A stretch of 64,000 bases of DNA from Candidatus Eiseniibacteriota bacterium. GTDB lineage: Bacteria; Eisenbacteria; RBG-16-71-46; CAIMUX01; VGJL01. The translations under genes were made by a program, and so were the position numbers. The notes under the pieces are model-generated. The model did not search any database. It saw only the letters and a list, made by a program, of their open reading frames with translations, and was not told the origin of the DNA. The stretch spans positions 320,001 through 384,000 of the forward strand of contig CAWBWI010000002.1 of the NCBI GenBank assembly GCA_963792585.1. The letters are read 5' to 3'. Of the stretch, positions 20,521 through 29,448 are shown piece after piece (position 1 is the stretch's first letter; every line of letters starts with the position of its first letter).

Positions 20521-20912
20521 TCACCGATTCCAGTCACTCCGATCACTCATCGGAGCGGAGCGACGATCTTCGTGTCCTGGACCTTCAACACCGGGCGGGC
20601 GACTCGGGCGGGGATCACGACCGCGTCGTGGCGTTCCGCCATCTCCTCGAGGGATCGACGGGAAGTCCGGGAGGGGGCGGGGACCGGCTGAATCCGGCGA
20701 TGGAGGGTCGTGGAGGGCTTCCAGGGCGCAATCGTCCGAATTCTCGGGCAAGGGCCAGCTCAGGCTCGCCCGCTGTGCCAGCGTCTGGTACTCCGTTACT
20801 GTTGCGATCCCCACGGAACAGGCCCGCGCGATCGCCCGAGTCGATAGCCGCGCTCGAGCCGCAGCCGCAACACTTGTCGGATCTGCCTCATCGATAGGCT
20901 CCTCATGGCCAT
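20521..20912 (-). pseudogene. istA: IS21-family IstA transposase N-terminal fragment
   Basis: SMRQIRQVLRLRLE..IARACSVGIATVTEY..ASLSWPLPE..DDCALEAL; GAGGAGG RBS; frameshifted and truncated. Confidence 0.75.
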
Positions 20913-21002
20913 TCTGGGAGCCCTCCTCGGACAGGAGGACCCCTTGAGATGGCGAGCGCTATCGATGGGTTTTCGGGATGGCTGGAATCAGCGTTCGGGA
21001 TG

Positions 21003-22374
21003 GGTTGTGGTTCTTAGATTGGTGTTTGGTCGCACTGCCGGCAGGGCGGTGCTCCGTGGTGTGGCACGCCCTTGGCCTCTCCTTCGCCTCGTGTCCAGAC
21101 GACGTACATCCCTCCACCAGGTCCATGGGACCTGCCGCCCACCCCATTGCCCCAACTCCGCCTGCAATTTCTACACACCCCGTCCCGATTGGCGCCCGGC
21201 CTACGACGGTTTCTTCCGTCGGCCTTCCGACGGGCGCCTCTTCCAACGCTTCCGATGCCCCCATTGCGGCCGCCGATTCTCGTCTCGAACCTTCGCCGCT
21301 GACTACTGGCTCAAACACAGGAGTCTCTTCTGCGACATCGCCCGACTTTCTGCCGAAGGACCCGGTCTCCGTCAGATCGCGCGTCTCCTCGGCGTCTCCC
21401 ACACGACCGTCCTGCGCCACATCGCCCGTGCCGGCCGTCACTGCATGCTCTTCCACCGTCAGATGCTGGTCGAGTACCGGACCGCAGAGCCCATCGTCAT
21501 CGACGGATTCGAGTCCTTCGAGTTCTCCCAGTACTTTCCCTTTCACATCAACCTCGCCGTCGATGCCCGGAGTTGGTTCATCTTCCACTTCACCGACAGC
21601 CCATTGCGACGCAAGGGGACCATGAGACCCGAGCAACGGCTTCGCAGGGAGCATCTGGAAGCCCAACTGGGCCGCCCCGATCCCAAGGCGATCGAGAAAG
21701 GCGTCTTCGACCTACTCCGGTCCGTTCTGGAGGATCCATCCTCGAGGAGCGACAGGGAGCAACTCATCCACAGCGATGACCATCCCGCCTATCGCCGCGC
21801 GCTCCTTCGCCTCCGCAGACTTCCGGAGTTCCCACAAGTGCGGCATCAGATCACTCCGTCGACCGAGCGTCGAACCACGCGCAATCCGCTCTTCCCCGTC
21901 AACCTGACCGACCTGCTCCTTCGACATGGTCAGGCCAACCACCGCCGGGAGACCATCGCATTCAGCAAGCGGCGGCAGGCGGCGATCGAGCGGCTGGCGA
22001 TTTTCACGGTGTGGCGCAATGCCATCAAGAGCCGGAGAGAGAAGGCACCGGGGGAGACCGCTGCCATGGCCGTTGGGATCCTATCGAGGCCTTTGAGGTG
22101 GGCAGAGGTCTTTGCGGATCGGACATTCCCCAGGAAAGAAGTCCTACCCGGGCCCTGGTGGTCCTACTACTGGAGGCGGGTCCGAACGGTGGCGCTGGGT
22201 CCAAGTCAAAGGGGACACCAGCTCAAGTATGCATTCTGAGAAGAACTGGAGTGGTTCGGCACGGGCGAAGCCGGACCACTCTCCGCTCAACTTCCTGTCA
22301 CGGTCGTTTCCGCAAGAGCCGAAGGGGTGGCCGTTGCTTCGTCAACTGCATCCACCAATCTCCGCACCACAACC
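21003..22374 (+). mobile_element. IS1-like insertion sequence, 1372 bp, 9-bp target duplication
   Basis: Terminal IRs GGTTGTGGTTCTTAGATTGGTG / GGTTGTGGTGCGGAGATTGGTG; TTCGGGATG at 20994-21002 and 22375-22383. Confidence 0.88.
21061..22239 (+). CDS. Transposase (Zn-ribbon, HTH, DDE-like)
   Basis: CPNSAC..QRFRCPHCGRRFS; GLRQIARLLGVSHTTV; DGFE, SDDHPAY, HRRETIAFSK; start uncertain. Confidence 0.8.
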   Translation: MARPWPLLRLVSRRRTSLHQVHGTCRPPHCPNSACNFYTPRPDWRPAYDGFFRRPSDGRLFQRFRCPHCGRRFSSRTFAADYWLKHRSLFCDIARLSAEGPGLRQIARLLGVSHTTVLRHIARAGRHCMLFHRQMLVEYRTAEPIVIDGFESFEFSQYFPFHINLAVDARSWFIFHFTDSPLRRKGTMRPEQRLRREHLEAQLGRPDPKAIEKGVFDLLRSVLEDPSSRSDREQLIHSDDHPAYRRALLRLRRLPEFPQVRHQITPSTERRTTRNPLFPVNLTDLLLRHGQANHRRETIAFSKRRQAAIERLAIFTVWRNAIKSRREKAPGETAAMAVGILSRPLRWAEVFADRTFPRKEVLPGPWWSYYWRRVRTVALGPSQRGHQLKYAF

Positions 22375-22608
22375 TTCGGGATGCCCGGAATCGGTGTTCG
22401 GGATGTCCGGAATCACCGTTCGGCATGCCCGGAATCTGCGTTCGGGATGGTCCGGAATCCCCAGAGGGAGATGGCCGAGTGTAGGACCTTCCGCTCGAAC
22501 TCCGCCGTAGATCGTTGACGCCCGGCCTCGGTCAATGCATCGTTTCCGTTTCCAGAGGGAAACTCACAGGTCCGAACGCCGCGACCGCACCCTTGCCGAC
22601 AACCGAGT

Positions 22609-22640
22609 GAAAAGAAGGAGGGGGCCTCGGGGCCCCCTCC
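22609..22640 (-). terminator. Rho-independent terminator after the omcS-like gene
   Basis: Perfect 10-bp stem GGAGGGGGCC/GGCCCCCTCC, 4-nt loop, then TTCTTTTC on the minus strand. Confidence 0.85.
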
Positions 22641-22706
22641 TGAACGCACACTCAGGGAGACGATTCGGCTGGAGGAGTTACATCTCCTCCACGGAACTCG
22701 TCTCGC

Positions 22707-23811
22707 CTACGGGTTTGGGTTGCCCTCGTCTCCGAGGTCCTTCGCGTGGCACTTGTTGCAGAGCGACCTCTGATTGTGGACGAAGGTGTACTGATAGTAC
22801 TTGTTCGTTGCGTCGTTGGCGCCGACTCCGCCGTCCGTGGACTTCGGGTGGGATTCGGACATGAAGTCCGTGTCGAAGTCCCAGCGGCCGACGTCGTCGA
22901 ACGCCGAGGCGTGGGCCCTGTGGCAGCTGACGCACATGACTTGATCGACGCCCGTCGGACCGGTCGTGTAGTTCGTGGCGTCGACGGTCTCGAGGTCGAC
23001 GTTGACGGCCTCGAACGGAACCAGACCCCAGTATGCCGTCGACACATCGCCGCCAGTGGGATCGTCCGTGCTGACGTACGCATTGTAGTTGGCCGCGATC
23101 GTCGATCCCATGTCGCCCTCGGGATGGACGAAGTTGTTCGTGTTGTCCGAGTGGAAGTTCGCGTGGCAGTTTGCGCACCATTCGGACATTCCGTTCTTGT
23201 AGACCGTGTGCTCGGCGTTGGTCTCGTTCCCGCCGCCACCCACCATCGTCCGCCGGGAGTTGCCCTTGGCGAGAGGCTGATCGCTCGCGAAGTCGTAGCG
23301 CGTGCCGTCATAGACCGGTCCGAATTCACTGCCGTACAGGAGGCGGAAAGCGGTCGTTTCCGTGCGGATCGTGGCAGCTGGTGCAGGACAGCCTGGACGA
23401 GAGGAAGTCGCCGCCGGGTGCGTGGGTCAGGGTGGCGTCCGCGGCCAGGTCGTTGGCCGGCGAGATGATGTTGTGACCGTGGCTGTCGCCGGTGCTGGTC
23501 TTGGTGCCGTGTTCATTCCACGTGTAGGTCTTGGTCAGCCAGTAGAAGTCGCCGCCGGGCCCGTAGCCGGCACCGCCGTAGAACTGCCCGTAGGCGGCAT
23601 GGCAGTTGAGACACGTGTCGCTGCTGTTGCCGTACTTCAGCAGGTACGCATGACCCTCGGGGTGGTTAGGGTCGACGGGCTGGCCGTTCTGGCTGTTGTG
23701 CATGGTATGGCATCCCTGGCAATAGGCCACGCCCCCGTCGTGGAAGGCGCTGGCGGAGCCGGCGTAGAATGCCAGCATCAGCAGTGCCAGGAACAAACCG
23801 AAGAACCTCAT
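22707..23811 (-). CDS. omcS: OmcS-family hexaheme cytochrome c (nanowire-type), one +1 frameshift near 23350
   Basis: Signal peptide then FHDGGVAYCQGCHTMHNS; CLNCH; PGGDFYWLTKTYTW; GHNI; APGG..CTSCHDPHG; GMSEWCANCH; CVSCHRAHAS; QRSLCNKCHAKD; GGAGG RBS; 1105 bp = 3n+1. Confidence 0.92.
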
Positions 23812-23880
23812 TAGTAACCTCCATTTCGCAGGACCTGATCGATCAGTGACGGAGATCTGTCTTGCACTCTCGCTGCGTTT

Positions 23881-24895
23881 CTACGGACTCGGTTGCGCCG
23901 CGACCACCCCCTCCCTCCCGGAACGGATCTCCCGTTCCACCTTGCCGGCGACAACCGGCCGGAAACGATCGTTGTTGGGTTCTGCCGACCCAGTGGTTGT
24001 GAATCGAAGCTGCTGGATTCTGCCTTCAAGCCCCTGGGCAACGTAGATCAGTCCGTCGGACGAGGAAGCGATGGCCGCCGGATAGTAGAGGTCTTGTGGA
24101 CCCTTGCCGAACGTCCCGAATTCCGAAACGAACCCGAAGTGCTCGTCATAGAGCAGAATGACGTGTCTCATCCGGTCCAGCACGGCGATCGACCCATCCG
24201 GGCAGAAGGCCACGCCGACTGGAAAACCGAGACGCCCCCTGGCTCCGCCCGGCGTGCCGAACTCCATCTCATGCTCCCCTTCGGCGGACAGGACCTGGAT
24301 CTGCCGAAGCCCAGGGAAGGGCAGCAGTAGTCCGTCCGTCGGGGGCCTCCCCGGGTTTGCCGAGTGCGATCAGCTCTCCGGATGGAGAGTCCTTCAGGTC
24401 GCGCTTCCAGAGAAGAACCCCGGTCTCCGCATCGTGCTTTGCGAGATATCCGTTCGTAGGATCCGTCGTCACGTAGTCGCCATCACGGGTCACCAGCAGG
24501 TGCTCCGGTGTCCACAGATCCGTTACCGGTTCGGGAGCAAATGGGAGCAGCTGGCCGAAGAAATCCAGCTTGCGAATCGTCCGGCCGCCCGCCGGCCTGC
24601 TATCCGTGCAGACGAATCCGCCAGACGCTTCAACGCAGATGTCGAGAGGGTCGGCAAGCCCTGCGGCCTGCTCGGTGCTGAATAGATGCACGTTTCCTCT
24701 GTCGAGCAGGTGCCCTGCGTTGCCCGTCGCGTCCGTCACGCAGACGATGCCGTCGGTCCCGACCGTCACGGAAACGGGGAGCGCGATCCGGGAACCTTCA
24801 CACGGAAGGCTCAGCGTGGAGCTGTACTCAAGACTGGGAGTCGCCTGAGCGCTCACCAGGGCACACCATGCGAACGTGCCGTAGAGCACCGCCAT
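23881..24895 (-). CDS. NHL-repeat beta-propeller protein, one frameshift near 24331
   Basis: Signal peptide; PVSVTVGTDGIVCVTD, FPVGVAFCPDGSIAVLD, FGTFGKGPQDLYYPAAIA repeats. Confidence 0.82.
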
Positions 24896-25444
24896 GCGCG
24901 CGAGGTGGACGAACGTGTGCCCGCTACAAGAAAGTTTCCTCGAGGGTATTCCCATGAAGGATGGCACCGGGCCGCTCGAGCACACCTTCAACCGAGAACC
25001 CCTCGAGGAAATCTGATGCGTCCGACGCTGGCGGGGCGCTCCGTATCGAAGAGACGAACCTGTCGCCCTCGTGCGCGAGGGCAACCCACCTTCCGACTCT
25101 GAGACGGACCAACCCGACCGTCGGGACATGAATACTCCCCACAAGATGCGCAACACGGACCTTGGTCTTCAGGACCCCAGAACGGCCGACCGAGATCTCA
25201 AACTGCTCATATCAGAGTCTAGATATTGTGAAGATTTTCGTCAATCGTTTTATGAATGCAACAGTCCTATGTTTAGTTTTTCAACGACATGTGTAAATCG
25301 TAAGCATGATATAGGGTTAGACGACTCAGAGGGGTCTTCACCTAATCCACGGGGCCCCGAGAACCTCGATATGCCTCATCGAAATATCGATGGAGGCGAG
25401 GAAGGCGCCATCCGAGGTCCTTCGAGGGGACGTAACTGGGCGGA

Positions 25445-26437
25445 CTATCTCGGTCGAGGAATCGGTCGCAAAGCGATCACCGCGGCGCCCCACAGACCTA
25501 CCCGCGGGTTGCGGACAACGCGGACGGGGATCCTCTCCAAGATTGCCGCGTGCCGGCCCTTGTCGCGAAAGGCTTGGATAAATGCACCTTCCGCGAGCTT
25601 GGGGAGAATCCTGGGCGCAATACCGCCGGCTACGTATACGCCGCCGGTCGAGAGGAGTTTGAGCGCGAGGTTGCCGGTCTCCGCCCCGTAGATCGAGACG
25701 AAGAGATCCAGAACCATGCGACACGCAGGATCATCGCCCGCAAGGGCGTGTCGCGTGACGACGGCGGCCGGGTCCTCGCTGGCCGCCTCGACATGCACGA
25801 TCCCGCCCGCTCGGGCGATTCCCGCCTCTTCAACGTATGCGAGGAGATTCGCAAGACCCGGGCCGGACAGGATCCGTTCGTACGACACGTGACCGTAGCG
25901 TGCAGTCAGAAATCGCTGGAGGCCGATCTCGACCTCATTGCGCGGGGCGAAGTCGGTGTGCCCCCCTTCCGATGCGTGGACCTCGTAGGAGTTCCCGGTG
26001 CTCGTGAGATAACCCTCGCCGAGTCCGGTCCCGGCGCCGATCACCGCGATCGGCTTGCCCCGCTCGCCGCGGCCCCGCTGGAGCGACAGGAGATCCCTGC
26101 GGCCCATCTGGACGAGCCCATGTCCGACCGCTTGAAAATCATTGACGATTGTGGTGTCCGGGACCGCAATCGCGCGCGCCACCGTCTCGCCGTCGATGGT
26201 CCAAGGGAGGTTCACGGCGCGGCATGCCCTCCCGGATACCGGGCCGGCCACGGCAAAGCATGCCCGCCGAATCTTCTCCCCGCCTCGAGCCAGGAAGTCC
26301 TGGGCCATCCTCGACAGGGAGGGGAACCTCGCGGTTTCCAGCCGTTCTTCACGAAGCGATAGAACGCGATTCCCCCTACGTTCGAAGACAGCGAGGTATG
26401 ATTTCGTGCCACCAATGTCCGCGGCCAGGACCCTCAC
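25445..26437 (-). CDS. glk: Glucokinase
   Basis: AADIGGTK, NLPW, NDF, GAGTGLG, SEGGH, ERILSGPGL, GGVYVAGGIAP. Confidence 0.95.
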   Translation of the reverse strand: MRVLAADIGGTKSYLAVFERRGNRVLSLREERLETARFPSLSRMAQDFLARGGEKIRRACFAVAGPVSGRACRAVNLPWTIDGETVARAIAVPDTTIVNDFQAVGHGLVQMGRRDLLSLQRGRGERGKPIAVIGAGTGLGEGYLTSTGNSYEVHASEGGHTDFAPRNEVEIGLQRFLTARYGHVSYERILSGPGLANLLAYVEEAGIARAGGIVHVEAASEDPAAVVTRHALAGDDPACRMVLDLFVSIYGAETGNLALKLLSTGGVYVAGGIAPRILPKLAEGAFIQAFRDKGRHAAILERIPVRVVRNPRVGLWGAAVIALRPIPRPR

Positions 26438-26447
26438 CGGCTTCCTC

Positions 26448-27149
26448 CTATGGGAGATCGAAGAACAGAATCTCCGCCGGAGCGTCGAGCGTGTGCACGC
26501 CGACTTTCGGCTCTTCCTCGATCGCAGCGGCGTCTCCGGCACGGAGCTCCGTCTCACCGACCTGGCATCGTCCACGGGCCACGTGCAGCCATCCATGTCG
26601 ACCCGAGCGGAGCGACAGATCGAGAGTCGACTCCGCGTCGAGCAGGGATGCATAGACGTCGGCATCCTGGTGGATCGTCACCGACCCGTCCTTGCCGCCG
26701 CCGGAGGCGACCAATCGCATCCGTCCGCGCTTGTCGTCGTCGGAAAAGCGCTTCTGCTCGTACTCCGGTGCAAGCCCCTTCCGGTCGGGGAAGAGCCAGA
26801 TCTGCAGGAAGTGAACCTGCTCCGATTGCGAAGGATTGAACTCGCTGTGGAGCACGCCGGTCCCGGCGGACATCCTCTGCACGTCGCCGGGGCGGATGAT
26901 CGAGCCGTTTCCCATGCTGTCCTTGTGCTCGAGCGCCCCTTCAAGGACGTAGGAGATGATCTCCATGTCGCGGTGTGGATGTGTGCCGAACCCCCGGCCC
27001 GGCTGGACCCGGTCCTCGTTGATCACGCGGAGCACGCGATACCCCATATGTTCGGGGTCGTGATAATCAGCGAATGAGAAGGTGTGATACGTGTTGAGCC
27101 AGCCGTGATCGAAATGGCCACGATCTTCTCCGCGTCGAATGCGGATCAT
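26448..27149 (-). CDS. Pirin family protein (YhhW-like)
   Basis: HGWL..HTFSF..LRVINED..GFGTHPHRDMEI..MSAGTGVLHSEFN..LQIW. Confidence 0.95.
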   Translation of the reverse strand: MIRIRRGEDRGHFDHGWLNTYHTFSFADYHDPEHMGYRVLRVINEDRVQPGRGFGTHPHRDMEIISYVLEGALEHKDSMGNGSIIRPGDVQRMSAGTGVLHSEFNPSQSEQVHFLQIWLFPDRKGLAPEYEQKRFSDDDKRGRMRLVASGGGKDGSVTIHQDADVYASLLDAESTLDLSLRSGRHGWLHVARGRCQVGETELRAGDAAAIEEEPKVGVHTLDAPAEILFFDLP

Positions 27150-29290
27150 CAGTACCTCCGTATCTCTCGCGCCGCTGCGAGGATCTTCCCGGTATCGGGG
27201 AGGATCGCATCCTCGAGCGGCGGGCTGTACGCATAGTGGGTGTCTGGAGTCGTCACCCGTACGATCGGCGCATCGAGGGCGTCGAACAACTCCTCCGCGA
27301 CGCGCGCCGCGATCTCGGCGCCGAGGCCCGAGAATCGGCGGTCCTCGTGGACGATCAGCAGCCGGCCGGTCTTGCGGACGGAGTTGCGGATCGCCTCCAT
27401 GTCGAGCGGCTTGAGGGTCCTCAGGTCGACGACCTCAGCATCGATTCCCTCCGCCGCGAGCGTCTCCGCCGCCTCCATGCAAAAGGAGAGGGTCGGGCCG
27501 TAGGTGACAATGGAGAGGTGAACCCCTGGGCGCCGAATCGCTGCGACCCCGATCGGCACCACGTCCTCCACGGCAGAGAGGTCGGCCCGCTCCCGTCGGT
27601 AGAGATACTTGTACTCGAGGAAGATGACCGGATTGTCGTCCCGGATCGCAGACTTGAGGAGGCCTCTGGCGTCGGCCGCGGTCCCGGGCGCGAGGATCTT
27701 GAGTCCGGGGGTCGAGAGGAAGAACGACTCGACGTTCTGGGAATGGAAGAGCCCGCCATGGATCCGCGCTCCTGACGGTGCCCGGATGACGAGACGGGGG
27801 GCGACCCGTCCAGAGTGACGGTAGCTCATCGTCGCCGCGGTATTCACGATCTGATCGAATCCGCACGTGATGAAGTCGGCGAACTGCATCTCCGCGACCG
27901 CGCGCATCCCGACGATCCCGGCGCCGACGGCGGCGCCGACGATCAGGGACTCGCTGATCGGGGTGTCGATCACCCTTTCCTCGCCGTACTTCTCGATCAG
28001 CCCCTTGGTCACTCCGAAGGCGCCGCCGAGGGCCCCGATGTCCTCGCCCAACAGGATCACGTTCTCGTCGCGTTCCATCTCCTCGTCCAGGGCGCGACGG
28101 AGCGCTTCGATGTAGGTCGTACCCTCCTTCGCGCGGATCGCCGGATCGGCCCCGGCCGTTTGATCCCAGTGCATCGTTCCGTCGGGGATCTCCGCGCGCA
28201 CGGGGAGGCCTCCTGCGGACTCGGTCGGACCGCTCGTCCGGCGCGGTGGGATCGGATCGACCGGCGGACCGGCGGGGACCGTGTTCGGGTTGCACCAGAT
28301 CGCCTCGAGAGCCTCCTGTGGGTCGGGGAACGGGCTCGCCTCTGCAAAGGTGATGGCCCGATCGGCGATCTCTCGGGACTTCGCGCGCGTCTCTTCCCGC
28401 ATGGCGGGGACGTCGTGGCCGCGCTTGGCGAGGTGCAGTTCGAAGAGCTCGATCGGATCGCGGCCCTCCCACTCGACGAGTTCTTCTTGCTCTCGATAGC
28501 GGGCTGGATCATGTTCTGAGTGACCGTGGATCCGGTAGGTGAGGCACTCGATCAGCGTGGGCCCCTCGCCGGCGCGCGCGCGCCGGGCCGCCTCCTCGGT
28601 CACGCTGAGGACGCGGAGCAGATCGTTGCCATTGACCCGAACGCCCTTCATTCCATATGCCTCTGCGCGCTCAGCCACGGTCTCGACCGGCATCTGGAGC
28701 CGGGTCGGGGTCGAGTAGGCGTAGAAGTTGTTCTCGCAGAGGAAGAGGACCGGCAGCTTGTGGATGCCAGCGAAGTTCAGCGCCTCGTGGAAGTCGCCGC
28801 GACTCGAGGCCCCCTCGCCGAAGAGGGCCACGGATACATTCGGGCGTCGCCGGATCTTGAACGCGAGCGCCACGCCGGTCGCGACCGGAAGGGTTGCTCC
28901 GAGCATGCTGGTCGCGCCGATCACCCCTTTGCCGGGATCTCCCGTGTGCAGGAACGAGTCTCGGCCGCCGGAGAGCCCGTCCCGCCGGCCCAGCAGGCCG
29001 GCCATCAGAATGCCGGGATCGATGCCGCGTAGGATCGGTACGCCGAGATCACGGTGGAGCGGAAAGATGAGATCGCCGTCCTGCAGAACGTGACAGATCC
29101 CAACCTGGATCGCCTCCTGCCCTCGTCCGGAATAGGCGCCGCCGACGATCTTCCCCTGCTTGTGCAGGATCGAGACCCGGTCATCGAACTCGCGCACGAG
29201 GCAGAGCGCCTCATACAGCTCGCGATCGGGGCGGGGTGCGGACGTTCGGGGAGCGCCGGTGGTCCTGCCCGCCTTGCCTCTCGATGCCAT
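27149..29290 (-). CDS. 2-oxoacid dehydrogenase E1, fused alpha/beta subunits
   Basis: GQEA; TPP motif GEGA..ENN; YRIHGHS; LGEDIG, DTPISE, EMQFADF, DLRTLKPLD. Confidence 0.93.
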   Translation of the reverse strand: MASRGKAGRTTGAPRTSAPRPDRELYEALCLVREFDDRVSILHKQGKIVGGAYSGRGQEAIQVGICHVLQDGDLIFPLHRDLGVPILRGIDPGILMAGLLGRRDGLSGGRDSFLHTGDPGKGVIGATSMLGATLPVATGVALAFKIRRRPNVSVALFGEGASSRGDFHEALNFAGIHKLPVLFLCENNFYAYSTPTRLQMPVETVAERAEAYGMKGVRVNGNDLLRVLSVTEEAARRARAGEGPTLIECLTYRIHGHSEHDPARYREQEELVEWEGRDPIELFELHLAKRGHDVPAMREETRAKSREIADRAITFAEASPFPDPQEALEAIWCNPNTVPAGPPVDPIPPRRTSGPTESAGGLPVRAEIPDGTMHWDQTAGADPAIRAKEGTTYIEALRRALDEEMERDENVILLGEDIGALGGAFGVTKGLIEKYGEERVIDTPISESLIVGAAVGAGIVGMRAVAEMQFADFITCGFDQIVNTAATMSYRHSGRVAPRLVIRAPSGARIHGGLFHSQNVESFFLSTPGLKILAPGTAADARGLLKSAIRDDNPVIFLEYKYLYRRERADLSAVEDVVPIGVAAIRRPGVHLSIVTYGPTLSFCMEAAETLAAEGIDAEVVDLRTLKPLDMEAIRNSVRKTGRLLIVHEDRRFSGLGAEIAARVAEELFDALDAPIVRVTTPDTHYAYSPPLEDAILPDTGKILAAAREIRRY

Positions 29291-29448
29291 CGATTGACCT
29301 CTCTTTCGTCGGCGGCCCATCCGCTGGACTTGGAAGTCTAACGTCCGCGCCCCCGACTTGCATCCTCCCGGTCATCGGGCGCAAAGCCGAAGTCATGGGG
29401 GTAGGCGGTCTTGCCGATCATACGTCCGGGGGGTACGATCCGGCGCGA

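Larger units (their letters stand above)
20500..22463 (-). mobile_element. Internally deleted IS21-family element (left end at 22463)
   Basis: Minus-strand end TGGGGATTCCGG..; ~22-bp repeats GTTCGGGATG-CCGGAATC; istA 5' fragment; opposite end-like motif GATCCCGATCACCGATTCC..GGAGCGGAGCGACG at ~20510-20565 (boundary approximate). Confidence 0.7.

Noticed and set aside
22375..22463. Short repeat array as a CRISPR
   Set aside because: ~22-bp units with no unique spacers and no cas genes; fits IS21 terminal repeats
25226..25243. Rex-like operator upstream of NHL-omcS
   Set aside because: Only the TTGTGAA half matches
23812..25440. GEMM-I cyclic-dinucleotide riboswitch upstream of omcS or NHL, as in Geobacter
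   Set aside because: No GCAAA..GAAA..GACGCAAAG core seen by eye; needs an Infernal/Rfam scan
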